Shown one piece after another: positions 38,313-49,054 of a stretch of DNA of 64,000 nucleotides. Source of the DNA: Candidatus Bathyarchaeota archaeon (GTDB lineage: Archaea; Thermoproteota; Bathyarchaeia; TCS64); NCBI GenBank assembly GCA_963771885.1, contig CAVYVF010000002.1, positions 288,001 through 352,000 on the forward strand, in the 5' to 3' direction. A model generated the notes under the pieces. It saw only the letters and a list, made by a program, of their open reading frames with translations. It was not told the origin of the DNA and searched no databases. Numbering within the stretch: position 1 is the stretch's first letter; every line of letters starts with the position of its first letter. The position numbers and the translations under genes are program-made.

Positions 38313-39911
38313 CTACTTTCTCTCGTAGACTACTTTTCCGCCAACTATAGTGGCGTCGATGGGTGTGTCCTTGATCTCCTGCGGGGGTACCGTGAGTATG
38401 TCCCTGCCGAGGATGACGAAGTCGGCGAGCTTGCCCTCCTCGATGCTGCCGAGGCGGTCCTCATCGAAACTGTGGTAGGCAGAGTTGATCGTATAGAGCC
38501 TGAGCGCCTCCATAACGGTGACCCGCTGGCTCTGCCCTATGGGCTTTCCTGCCTTCGTCGTCCTGTTGACCATCGCGTGTATCGCCATGAGCGGCGGGTA
38601 GGGGGCGCAGGGGTGGTCGCTGTGCGCCGCCACCTTTATCCCCTCGTCGAGGAAGGTGCGTGCCGCGAACATCCTCTCAAGCCTCTCTGGACCGAATGGC
38701 ACGAGCAGCTTGTCGCCGTGGTAGTATGGGTACGGCCCGAAGATGGTCGGCAGTATCTTGAGCTTCTTGATCTTGGCGACGAGAGCCGGCGTGATGACGG
38801 TGCAGTGAATGTCCCTGTTACGAGGGTCCTCGCGCGGGTACTTCTTCTGGAGCTTCTCCATTATGTCGAGGTACATTGCTATGGCCTTGTCGCCGTTCGC
38901 GTGGCAGCTCAACCTGTAGCCCGCCGCGTACGCCTTCCCCAGTACGTCCTCCGCGATCTCCCGCGTCGTCGACATGACGCCGTAGAAGCCTGGTTTGTCA
39001 CAGTACGCCTCCGTCACCGCGGCGGTCCTCGCCGAGATTGCGCCGTCGAAGAAGAACTTCAACCCGCAGAGGCGGAGCATGTCATCGCCGAACATCTGGT
39101 GTACACCCGAGGCGTTGAGCACTGGGAACAGGTCGATTGTGGCGTCCATCCTCATCCTGATGGGAAGCTCACCCCGAGTGTTGAGGTCGATGAGCGCCCT
39201 GATCTGGCTCTTGTCGACGAGGTCGTAGACGCAGGTGAGGCCCATGCTGGCGCAGTCGGCGAGGATAGTCTTAGCGCCCTCGATGCTCTGCTCGTGGGTG
39301 GGCAGCTGAGCCTCGGCAGGTATGAGGATATCAAGCGCCTTCTCGTGCGCGCCTCCCGTTATCTCGCCCTTGGCGTCCCTGTCGTACTTGCCTCCGACGG
39401 GGTCGGCCGTCTCCTTCGTGACTCCCGCCATCTCGTACGCCCTGCTGTTAAGCACGGAGAAGTGGCCGCCGACGGTGGACATGCTTATCGGGTGATCCTT
39501 GCTAGCAACGTCGAGTTCCCAACGCGTCGGGTGCCTCTTCTCGGCGAGCTTGGAGTCGTCCTCCTGGTAGCCGAATATCCACTGTCCCTTCGGCGTCTTC
39601 TTGGCACGGGCCGCGAGGCGCTCCTGTATGTCCTTTATCGACTTGACCCCCGCCTCCTGGCTGAGGTCGACGAAGCGGAGCCTCCCCGTGCCCTCATCCG
39701 CCATGTGGCTGTGGCTATCCATCAGTCCCGGGATGACGGTGCGCCCCTTGAGCTCGATGACCTTCGTCTTCTTGCCGATGAGTGCTTTGACGTCGGCGTC
39801 ACTGCCGACGGCGATTATCCTGCCATACTTTACGGCGACGGCCTCAGCCGTCGTCTCGCCCTCGTCCATCTTAACAATCTTTCCGCCGCGCAGAACCAGG
39901 TCAGCGTACAT
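38313..39911 (-). CDS. YtcJ-like amidohydrolase 3
   Basis: PGLMDSHSH, KFFFDG, HANGD, SD.P, GSIEEGKLADFVIL. Confidence 0.93.
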   Translation of the reverse strand: MYADLVLRGGKIVKMDEGETTAEAVAVKYGRIIAVGSDADVKALIGKKTKVIELKGRTVIPGLMDSHSHMADEGTGRLRFVDLSQEAGVKSIKDIQERLAARAKKTPKGQWIFGYQEDDSKLAEKRHPTRWELDVASKDHPISMSTVGGHFSVLNSRAYEMAGVTKETADPVGGKYDRDAKGEITGGAHEKALDILIPAEAQLPTHEQSIEGAKTILADCASMGLTCVYDLVDKSQIRALIDLNTRGELPIRMRMDATIDLFPVLNASGVHQMFGDDMLRLCGLKFFFDGAISARTAAVTEAYCDKPGFYGVMSTTREIAEDVLGKAYAAGYRLSCHANGDKAIAMYLDIMEKLQKKYPREDPRNRDIHCTVITPALVAKIKKLKILPTIFGPYPYYHGDKLLVPFGPERLERMFAARTFLDEGIKVAAHSDHPCAPYPPLMAIHAMVNRTTKAGKPIGQSQRVTVMEALRLYTINSAYHSFDEDRLGSIEEGKLADFVILGRDILTVPPQEIKDTPIDATIVGGKVVYERK

Positions 39912-40018
39912 CTCGGAATCAGGGAGGACTCACGCTGAGGATGTATAAATCACCTCGGGGGCGATGGGGATAAATCGGCGGCGTAATCCCTAGAGGGACT
40001 AATCGAGGGGCACACGCG

Positions 40019-41188
40019 TTGGACGAGACGTTGAAGAAGCTGTCGCCTGTCTACGCGGTGCTCTTCCTGCGCAACATGGCGTGGAGCCTCACCATAAACG
40101 GCCCCGTGATGCCGCTCTACGCCCGCGCCCTCGGACTCGATGTCGCGAACTGGGGTCTGCTCGCCATGGCCCTCTCCGCAGGGCTCTTCATGGAGTTCGT
40201 CTGGGGCGTAGTCGCCGACAGGGTCCATAAGGGCTACTTCATACTCCTCGCACTAATTCTCACGAGCCTCATCTACCCACTCTACACTATCAAGGCGTTC
40301 CTGCCCCTCTTCATAGTATTCCAGTTCGTCTTCGGAGCCATACAGGTGATTGTGGGGCTGACGACTCGCGCCGTCATCGCCGAGGCTTCCCCCGGCAAGT
40401 CAGCAGGGTTCAACATGAGTCTCTGGTTCTTCTTCGCCACCCTCGGCAATATCGCCGGCCCAATCATGGGCACCTACATCGCAATGAGCCTCGGCTACGA
40501 ATACGCCTTCTACACGAGCATGGGCATAGTCTGGGCGGCTATAGCCTTCTTTCTGCTCACCTATCTTCGCAAATGGAGCAAGGACACACCTCAGGTGAAG
40601 TTACATCGCCCCCTCTTCGCTGGCTTCACCCAGTTACTCCGTATCCCAACCATCCAGAAGACGTGCACACTGACACTGCTCGGCTTCCTCGGCTGCAGCC
40701 TCGTCGCCTCCTTCCTCCCCATCTACGCGACAGAGCAGGTGGGGATGACCGCCATCGCAGTTGGCAGCCTAGCGACCGTGGCAGCCACGGCGCGTCTAGT
40801 CACTTCGCCGCTCATCGGCAGGATATCGGACAGGGTCGACAAGAGGAAGCTCCTCTTCGGCATACTTGCTATCGGCTGCCTGCTCTTCGCCATGTTCCCA
40901 TACGCCTATGACGCATGGCAGTTTACCCTCCTGGCCGTCGGAGTCTCCGCCACATTCAGCTTCGGAGTCCTCAGCATCTCAATACACAGCATGGCTACCC
41001 CCAAAGCGTACTCGGGGATGAGCCTCGGCCTCTACGGCACCTTCGAGGACCTAGGGCTGATGCTTGGCTCTCTAATCTTTGGCTTCTCATGGGGCATCTT
41101 CGGACCATCAAGCGTCTTCGTAATCACCGCAGCCGCCACGGGTCTCGCCGCGCTTCTCACCCTTACTCTCCCCGAAGGTAAGCAATAA
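40019..41188 (+). CDS. MFS transporter
   Basis: About 12 TM; WGVVADR and GRISDRVDKRK motif A. Confidence 0.9.
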   Translation: MDETLKKLSPVYAVLFLRNMAWSLTINGPVMPLYARALGLDVANWGLLAMALSAGLFMEFVWGVVADRVHKGYFILLALILTSLIYPLYTIKAFLPLFIVFQFVFGAIQVIVGLTTRAVIAEASPGKSAGFNMSLWFFFATLGNIAGPIMGTYIAMSLGYEYAFYTSMGIVWAAIAFFLLTYLRKWSKDTPQVKLHRPLFAGFTQLLRIPTIQKTCTLTLLGFLGCSLVASFLPIYATEQVGMTAIAVGSLATVAATARLVTSPLIGRISDRVDKRKLLFGILAIGCLLFAMFPYAYDAWQFTLLAVGVSATFSFGVLSISIHSMATPKAYSGMSLGLYGTFEDLGLMLGSLIFGFSWGIFGPSSVFVITAAATGLAALLTLTLPEGKQ

Positions 41189-41213
41189 GTCACACAACGC
41201 AACAACCATAGCC

Positions 41214-41532
41214 ATGCACGAGGAACTCGCCGCCAAGATAGAGCAGTTCAAGGAGATCGGGATACAGTACACCTTCGACGGCTTCGTCGTCGCCGAGCTA
41301 CTCACACAACTCGACGCACTCGCCAAGGTCAACTACGTCGAGTTCAAGAACAACTGCCTTAGCATCTGGCTCGGAGACTTGACGGGCACACCCAAGACAG
41401 GTCATGACACTCCTCCCCGCCGCCAGCTTGCTCGGAGCGATGACGTCAGGCGCCGAGGAGACCCCGCGGGGCTACAAGCTCTACTTCGAGTGGATGCTCC
41501 CTAAGGATATCTATAACCTAAAAGTCGTCTAG
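41214..41532 (+). CDS. Hypothetical protein, probably frameshifted near 41400-41470
   Basis: Coding-like codon usage; an alternate frame ends GYKLYFEWMLPKDIYNLKVV-stop. Confidence 0.5.
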
Positions 41533-41822
41533 GCGCGCGCAGAGGCATAATTGCCCAGACAAACTGTTGGCTCGAACGCGATTGTTATTCGTCGGGGAAC
41601 ATTCCTTCTGAGCTTGAGTCACTCTTTAACCCTTTCAGCCTCGATCACGCGCGCAAATACATCTGATCGAACCCTGCCCCAAACGCCGCCATACCCTAAC
41701 ATTTTTAACCAAAAAGAAACCCAAACAACTCGGTGCCAACGGTGTCCGGTGACCGCCAAATCTAGCCGAAACACTCAAACACGACACGGCACCAAGATTC
41801 TAGACCCAACGAGGACCCAGGG

Positions 41823-44800
41823 ATGACCTTCCAACCCATAGACAGCAAAGTCGACGTCGCCGCACTCGAACGAGAGGTGCAGAAGCTCTGGAAAGACACC
41901 GACGCATTCGAAAAGCGCCGCAGACTCAACGAGGGCAAGCCCAAGTGGAGCTTCATCGACGGACCAATAACCGCAAACAACCCAATGGGAGTACACCACG
42001 CCTGGGGACGCACATACAAGGACCTCTGGCAACGCTACTGGGCCATGCGCGGACGCGACATCAGGTACCAGAACGGATTCGACTGCCAGGGACTATGGGT
42101 AGAAGTCGAAGTCGAGAAAGATCTCGGCTTCCAGACCAAGCGCGACATAGAAGCATACGGTATCGCCGAGTTTGTCGTCAAATGCAAGCAGAGGGTCCTC
42201 AACTACTCCGCCCGCCAGACCGAGCAGAGCATACGCCTCGGCTACTGGTGCGACTGGAACAATCCCGACGAGCTTAGAAAGCTCGCCGAGGCGATGAACA
42301 ACCCACTTCAGCAGACGACCTACATCGGCTCACACGGACCCATCACAGGCACCGCCGAGTACCTCGTCGGACAGCTCGGCATGCCCCAGGTCGGTGGAAG
42401 CTACTACACACTCAGCGACGAGAACAACTACATGATCTGGACCGCCCTCAAGAGCTGCCACGACCGCAGCTGGATATACAGGGGACAAGACTCCATGCCC
42501 TGGTGCCCCCGATGCAGCACAGGCATCAGCCAACACGAGATAGTCACCGAGGGCTACAAGGAGATCACGCACACAACCGTCTTCGTCAAGTTCCCCCTAA
42601 GGGACAGAGAAGGCGCGCTCCTCATCTGGACGACGACCCCCTGGACGCTCACGAGCAACGTCGCTGTCGCCGCCCACCCCGACCTCACCTACGTGAAAGT
42701 CAAGCACGGCGAGGAGATACTCTACCTAAGCAAAGGTACACTCGCCACCGTCTTCACCCAGAAAGGAAGCTATACCATCCTCGAGGAGCTCAAGGGCAGG
42801 GACCTCCTCGGATGGAAATACACGGGACCCTACGACGACCTCGATGTCCCCAAAAAGATGGGCGTACCCGAAGCGCACCGCGTCATCATGTGGGACGCAG
42901 TCGGCGAGACCGAGGGAACCGGACTCGTACACATCGCCCCCGGAGCAGGCAAGGAGGACTTCGAGCTCGGCAAACTCAACAAGCTCCCCGCCCCCGCGCC
43001 TCTCGACGAGTACGGGGTCATCACCACCGGCTTCGGCTGGCTCACTGGCACACACGTCTACAACTCCGCCGAGCCAATATTCGACGACCTCAAGCAACGC
43101 GGCTTCCTCCTACGAACCCAGAAGATCACCCACCGCTACCCCGTCTGCTGGCGATGCGGCTCGGAACTCGTCTTCCGCCTCGTAAACGAGTGGTTCATCA
43201 ACATGGGCGAGAAGCTCGACAAACCCTACGAACAAGTAACAGACGAAGAGAAGAACAAGAGCCTACGCTACCAGATAATGGACAGCGCAAGCGACGTCCA
43301 CTGGGTCCCCGAGTTCGGCATGAAGCGCGAACTCGACTGGCTCCAGAACATGGACGACTGGATGATATCCAAAAAGCGCTACTGGGGACTCGCACTACCC
43401 ATCTGGCAGTGCAGCTGCGGATGGTTCACCGTCATAGGCAACAAAGAGGAGCTAAAGAGTAAAGCGATCGCCGGATGGGACGAGTTCGAAGGACACAGCC
43501 CACATCGCCCATACATAGACGCCGTAAAGATCAAGTGCGAAAAGTGCGGCAGGAGTCGCCAGCAGGGTCCCCGAGGTAGGTAACCCATGGCTCGACGCCG
43601 GAATAGTCGGCTACAGCACACTCCGCTACCGCAGCGACCGCACTTACTGGGAGAAGTGGTTCCCCGCCGACTTCATCACAGAGTCCTTCCCCGGCCAGTT
43701 CCGCAACTGGTTCTACGCGATGCTCGCCGAGAGCACAATCCTTGAGCGCAGAACACCCTACAAGGTCTGCCTCGGACACGGCTCGGTTCTCGCCGAGGAC
43801 GGTCGAGAGATGCACAAGAGCTGGGGCAACGCCATCTGGTTCGACGATGCCGCCGAGACGATGGGCGCCGACATTATGCGCTGGATATACTGCAACGCAA
43901 AGCCCGAGAACGACGTCCTATTCGGATACACAAAGGCAAACGAGGTAAAGCGCATGTACTTCATGACACTCCTCAACGTCTACAACTTCTTCACAATCTA
44001 CGCCAACCTCGACAAGTGGACGCCCTAAGCAGCAGCCCAAGTCCTACACGCAGCTCGACAAATGGGTCCTATCGAGACTAAATGCACTAATAAAGAGCAT
44101 CACAGCCTCACTGGAGAATTATGATGCCTCCACTCCTACACAGGAACTGGAAAAGTTCGTCGACGCTCTCTCCAAGTGGTACGTCCGCAGAAGTAGACGC
44201 AGGTTCTGGAAGACCGAGTCGGACGACGACAAGAAGGCAGCATACGCAACACTCTACGAGTGCCTGAGGACGGTCATACTCCTCATGGCGCCGATGACCC
44301 CCCACGTCGCGGAGGCGATGTACCAGCGCCTCGTACGCCCCGTGGAGAAAAGCGCACCCGAAAGCGTACACCACAACGACTGGCCCACCGCCGATGAGTC
44401 AGCCATCGACGAGGGACTCATGGCGGAGATGGACCTCGCCATGAACGCGAGCAGCCTAGGAAGGGCGGCACGTGCCAAGAGCCAGATAAAGCTCCGCCAG
44501 CCACTAAGCGAAGCCATCGCCGTCACAGGCAAAGACCAGCTAGCCATACTGAGCAAGGTCGCTCCCCTCATCAGGGAGGAACTAAACGTCAAGGAGGTCA
44601 AGGTCACGAGCGAGCGCGACATACTGCAGAGCCACGTCGCCAAGCCCGTGCCCCGCATCCTAGGCAAGAAACACGGCAAGAACTTCACAGCCGTCGCAGA
44701 CGCGATAAGGGCGATGACTCCAGAGCAGACAGAGATGCTCGCAAACGGCAAACCCATAACCCTCAAGGCGAACGGTGCAGACGTCGAGGTGCTCCCAGAG

Positions 44801-45158
44801 GAGGTCGAGCTCGAGTCCAAGCCAATCGAGGGCTACTCCATAGTCGAGGAAGGTGGTCTCCTCATAGGCGTCAACACCGCCATCAGATGAGGCGCTTAGC
44901 AGCGAAGGACTCGCCAGAGACATCGTCCGCCGCATACAGGCACTCCGCAAGGACGCCAATTTCGACATAAACGACCACATAGAGACCTACTACAGTGGCG
45001 ACCCCGAGATAGCCGAGGTCTTCCAGGAGGAGGCCGACTACATCAAGGCGGAGACCCTCACAGACCTCCTCCAGGAAGGCGCAGCCCCCGAAGGCGCGAG
45101 GATAGGCGAGTACGAGATCGGAGGACTTCAGCTCATCCTCGCCCTACGCAGGAAGTAA
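41823..45158 (+). CDS. ileS: Isoleucyl-tRNA synthetase (type 2-like), frameshifts ~43551, ~44024, ~44885
   Basis: DGP.TAN, GFDCQGL, WTTTPWTL, GTG.VH.APG, H.YP.CWRC, DW.IS..RYWG, EMHKS.GN, WYVRRSRRRFW, EELNVK, EGLARDIVRRIQ. Confidence 0.95.
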
Positions 45159-45368
45159 CTACTGAATCCTACGTCTGCCAACAAACCCAGAAAAACCCCA
45201 ACAATCCAAAAGAACCCATAAAAAACAAGAAACGATGGCGATGGCGGGAGAAAATCGGAAAAACACGCATACATGCCTCCGATACTACGGACCATTCAGA
45301 TACTCGCTAAAACCCCCGTTTATAGTCAACTTTATCAACTCCCCCATTCGCTTACTCCGTGATTCAAC

Positions 45369-45671
45369 ATGCCCGGCAAGAAAAGCCTGAAGAAGATGGA
45401 GAAGACGCAGGACACCGAGGCTCCAAAAGAGGAGAAGAAGAAGGAAAAGATCGTCGGAAGCGTCGACGCCATCCACGCAAACAGCCCAGAACTCATGGAC
45501 GCGATGAAGAAGATGAAAGCCATCACGCCCACGGGAGTCGCAAGCCAGTTCAATCTCAAGGTCAGCGTCGCTAAAAAGATACTAGCAGAGCTCGACGCAA
45601 AGGGCACGATAAAACTCGTGGCGCATACGAACAACCTCAGGGTCTACTCCCTGCCACCTAAGAACAACTAG
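45369..45671 (+). CDS. rps25e: 30S ribosomal protein S25e (eS25)
   Basis: K.ITP..VA....LKVSVAKKIL.EL...G.IKLV......VY. Confidence 0.9.
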   Translation: MPGKKSLKKMEKTQDTEAPKEEKKKEKIVGSVDAIHANSPELMDAMKKMKAITPTGVASQFNLKVSVAKKILAELDAKGTIKLVAHTNNLRVYSLPPKNN

Positions 45672-46042
45672 GCGGACACGATTATTATCCGGGAACCGCT
45701 CTTCAGATTTCTTAAAATTTCTAGGTTACCCGTCACTTTTCCTATCCTGTTGACGGGACCAAAGGTCTTCGTAGCCTCGGGGTAGATGCAAAGGCTCATA
45801 GCGCGAGGCCAGAACGCTATCGTCCCGGCCTCGACCTGCGTCACTGGCTTTTCGGCGCCCCTCTTCAGCCCGAGGATAATCTGGATGCACCCATGAGCCG
45901 GCAATGTCCGCCCATTTATCGGGAGAATCTTAAGGATGTCCCCAACAGTCAACGGGGCAGTTAATCTATTCAACTCGCCGGGTGCCTCCCCTACATCAGC
46001 AATCTTGATCCTGATCGGTATCCTCGCCTGACTCTCACCCAT
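45668..46042 (-). CDS. Cyclophilin-like fold protein (DUF369/TM1367-like)
   Basis: APLTV..I...LPI.G, VEAGTIAFWP..LCI, PVN.IGKV. Confidence 0.8.
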   Translation of the reverse strand: MGESQARIPIRIKIADVGEAPGELNRLTAPLTVGDILKILPINGRTLPAHGCIQIILGLKRGAEKPVTQVEAGTIAFWPRAMSLCIYPEATKTFGPVNRIGKVTGNLEILRNLKSGSRIIIVSA

Positions 46043-46916
46043 GGACTAAACTCACCGCGTGCTTCACAATCTCCTCTGCTACCTTGACGTTAGCGGCGAG
46101 CTTGAGCGCCTGCCAGCCGGGTGAGGCATTTACCTCTAATATAATTGGACCATCGGGTGACTCTATAACGTCGACACCCGAGTAATCGAGCCCCATAGCC
46201 TCAGTCGCCCTAAGCCCGAGCTCGAGTATATTTTCGGGCACGTCCTCGTCCACCATCGTCCCGCCTTGGGCGACATTCGTCTTCCACTTCCCAGCCGCTC
46301 TGTACTTATAGGCGGAGCCGACGACCTCGCCGCCTATAACGAAGACGCGTATGTCCCTGCCCGGATTCTGAACATACTTTTGCAAAATGAGTGGCTGACT
46401 GAACCTGTCAAGCATCTTGTAGGCATTGTAGGCGAGGTCGGGGTCAGTGAACTTCATCGCCCCCTTGCCCATGCTGCTGAGGATTGGCTTGTAGATGAAC
46501 TCACCGTACCTCTCAGAAGCATCATATGCGTCAGCCATGCTCTCCGTTGTGTAGGTGGTAGGTATGGGCAACTCCGCTGCCTCAAGTGTGTACTGGGTCG
46601 CATATTTGTCCCTAGCCCGCCTGAAGGCGTAACAGGGATTCACTACGCGTATCCCAGCGACCTCCATATGCTCGATGAGGCTAATACGTCTCGTCAGCTG
46701 CTCGCAGGAGCCAGGCCCGAAGCTCCTCAAGAGGCAGAGATCGAAGTCTGTGATCTCTACATCCCCGAGCCAGAACCTCGACCCGGAAGGCGAGACTTCG
46801 CTGGATATCTCCGCAGCCTCGCCGCCGAGCGCCTCGTAACCATGCCCCTTTGCTGCTTCAAGCAACTCCGCGCTATTTCGGCTCGGCGTCGAGCCGTAGA
46901 GTACGAGAACCTTCAT
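46035..46916 (-). CDS. RimK-family ATP-grasp alpha-L-glutamate ligase (MptN/CofF-like)
   Basis: ARDK, P.T, KP...S.G.G, DIRVFV, WKTNVAQG, GVD, LEVNASPG. Confidence 0.9.
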   Translation of the reverse strand: MKVLVLYGSTPSRNSAELLEAAKGHGYEALGGEAAEISSEVSPSGSRFWLGDVEITDFDLCLLRSFGPGSCEQLTRRISLIEHMEVAGIRVVNPCYAFRRARDKYATQYTLEAAELPIPTTYTTESMADAYDASERYGEFIYKPILSSMGKGAMKFTDPDLAYNAYKMLDRFSQPLILQKYVQNPGRDIRVFVIGGEVVGSAYKYRAAGKWKTNVAQGGTMVDEDVPENILELGLRATEAMGLDYSGVDVIESPDGPIILEVNASPGWQALKLAANVKVAEEIVKHAVSLVHG

Positions 46917-46965
46917 GGTGCCCGAGTTATGAGCGAGCCAACCGGTAGATAAGCACTGCAGCGGG

Positions 46966-47721
46966 CTAGATGAAGAGGTCCATGCCTCGGGGTCTTACGA
47001 GTTCGGTCGCCTTTGATGTCTCTGATTTCTCGTACTTGTACCCTCGAATAATCGCGGCGGGGACGCCCTCGTCAGCTTGCCCAATCACGAGCTCCGCCGC
47101 AGCCGCCAGTTCGTCTGCGACTGCGGTCCGCTTAATGTGAAGCTCGTATCCGAAGAGGTCCTTCTCGCCGCGTCTGTCCCTGATAACGCTAATCCCTGAG
47201 GCACCAACGGCGACGTTCACCTCACCGTCCCTGTGGGCACGCCCGTGCGTGTCGCATACGATGACCGCCACATCGATACCCGCTAAATCCCTTATCCTCG
47301 CCCTTATCCTACTGGCTGAGGTGTCCGGGTCAAGAGGTAACGGTGCGACGATGTCCTCACCGGGCACATTTGACTTGTCGACACCCGAGTTCGCGCAGAC
47401 GAAGCCCTGACGCGTCTCGGTGACTAGCACACCAGGTCCCATTCTCCTGACTGCCCTCGCCTCTCTAAGCACGACCTCGACAAGTCTCGGATCCTTCCCC
47501 GTGTAGGCAGCGAAGTTCTCCGCCGGAACGGAGGGCTTGACGCTTTTCAGGTCGATGATCCTGCCTTCCGCCCGCGAGACTATGACATGGCAAACGACTA
47601 GAACATCACCATTAGTCACCGACATCCCCTGTTTTGATAAGGCATTGATAAGTAGCTCAGCGAGGTCGTCTCCCTCACTAATTATCGGGAGTCCCTCGAC
47701 GGGGTGGATAGTTATTGTCAT
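46966..47721 (-). CDS. cofE: Coenzyme F420-0:gamma-glutamyl ligase
   Basis: GLP.I..GDDL, IVSRAEGR, VCANSGVD.SN, LP.DPD.SA, DT.GR, ADELAAAA..V.G.A.EG.P. Confidence 0.93.
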   Translation of the reverse strand: MTITIHPVEGLPIISEGDDLAELLINALSKQGMSVTNGDVLVVCHVIVSRAEGRIIDLKSVKPSVPAENFAAYTGKDPRLVEVVLREARAVRRMGPGVLVTETRQGFVCANSGVDKSNVPGEDIVAPLPLDPDTSASRIRARIRDLAGIDVAVIVCDTHGRAHRDGEVNVAVGASGISVIRDRRGEKDLFGYELHIKRTAVADELAAAAELVIGQADEGVPAAIIRGYKYEKSETSKATELVRPRGMDLFI

Positions 47722-47789
47722 GATGTATGGGATGGTTGTGCTACGCCCTATAAATCCCTCTTCATAATCTTTTTATTGAACTCCCCATC

Positions 47790-47824
47790 ACTAGGTAGAA
47801 ACCAACTAGGTAGAGGTCAACCTA
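47790..47824 (+). promoter_or_regulatory. Candidate operator directly upstream of the PadR gene
   Basis: ACTAGGTAGA direct repeat (47790, 47805) plus inverted TAGGT-N8-ACCTA (47807-47824). Confidence 0.5.
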
Positions 47825-48365
47825 ATGCCCCTGAAGAGCGCTATGCAGATGCACCCTCGAATGAGTCCCCTACAGATAATGCTCCTCATCCAACTCGAGG
47901 CCTCTCCCAAGTACGGCTACGAAATGCTAAAGTCGATAAAGCAGGCATTCGACGGCATCTGGGAGCCCAGAACGGGCACCATTTACCCCGCTCTAAAGAG
48001 CCTGGAGAGGAGGAGCCCTCGTGGAGACTTTGGTACGCGACGGCGTAGACTTCTACCACATAACCCCTGCGGGGCGGAAACTCCTCATGGACATCGGCTC
48101 ACAGCAGGCCCTTAACATGAGGTTTAGCAACAAGTTCATCGAGATACTCGTCGACTGGATGTCGCCCGACCTTAAGAAGAATATAATAACAAACATTTCC
48201 GCTGTCGCTGGGGACGATATGAATCTTATGGGGGGTGTCATTCACTTCTTCGACGACGTGGAACCCGAACTCAAACTCAAGTTCCTTAAGACCATACGCG
48301 GGAACCTCGCGAAGAGGCTCGACGAGATAGACAACATGATAGACGAATCGGAGGGGAAGCAGTGA
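47825..48365 (+). CDS. PadR family transcriptional regulator, frameshift ~48015
   Basis: PKYGYEM.K, W.P.TGTIYPALKSLE; second frame LVE..YHITPAGR. Confidence 0.9.
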
Positions 48366-49054
48366 CCACCTACGCTATAGAGACACAGAACCTAGTCAAA
48401 GAGTACTTGCAGGGAAGTCAAACCCTAAGAGTACTGAACAACGTTAACCTCAAGATCGAGCAAGGCGAATTCATGGCGATAATGGGCCCCTCAGGGAGCG
48501 GCAAGTCGACACTCCTCAACATGATCGGCGCCCTAGACCGCCCCACGTCGGGCAAGGTCCTTATAAAAGGAACCGACATAGGCACGCTCGACGATAACCA
48601 GCTCGCCGACCTCCGGAACAAGGAGATCGGCTTCATCTTCCAGCAGTTTAATCTCATCTCCCGGATGGACGCCCTCCACAACGTCCAGCTCCCCCTCTCA
48701 ATAAGCGGTGTACCTGTGAAGAAAAGGGAGCAGAGGGCGACCGAGCTGCTGAAATCGATGGGGTTGGGCGAGAGGGTCGACCACAGGCCCAGCCAACTCA
48801 GCGGGGGTGAGCAGCAGCGCGTAGCCATCGCTAGAGCGCTTGCTAACGACCCGCCGCTTTTCCTCTGCGACGAGCTAACAGGCAATCTTGACTCAAAGAC
48901 GGGACAGGAGATAATGACCCTCCTACGGCACCTAAACCAGGAGCAGGGCAAGACCTTCGTCTTGATTACACACGATCCAAACGTGGCACAAGCCACGGAT
49001 AGACTCCTCATGATTCGTGACGGGGAGATAGCTGGAGAGAAACGGTTCAAGTGA
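48362..49054 (+). CDS. ABC transporter ATP-binding protein (LolD/MacB type)
   Basis: GPSGSGKST, IGFIFQ.FNL, LSGGEQQRVAIARAL, DE.TGNLD, ITHD. Confidence 0.95.
   Translation: MTTYAIETQNLVKEYLQGSQTLRVLNNVNLKIEQGEFMAIMGPSGSGKSTLLNMIGALDRPTSGKVLIKGTDIGTLDDNQLADLRNKEIGFIFQQFNLISRMDALHNVQLPLSISGVPVKKREQRATELLKSMGLGERVDHRPSQLSGGEQQRVAIARALANDPPLFLCDELTGNLDSKTGQEIMTLLRHLNQEQGKTFVLITHDPNVAQATDRLLMIRDGEIAGEKRFK

Noticed and set aside
38472..39938. 488-aa plus-strand ORF and many other long antisense ORFs in the track
   Set aside because: Shadows of real genes on the opposite strand in GC-rich DNA; no recognisable motifs
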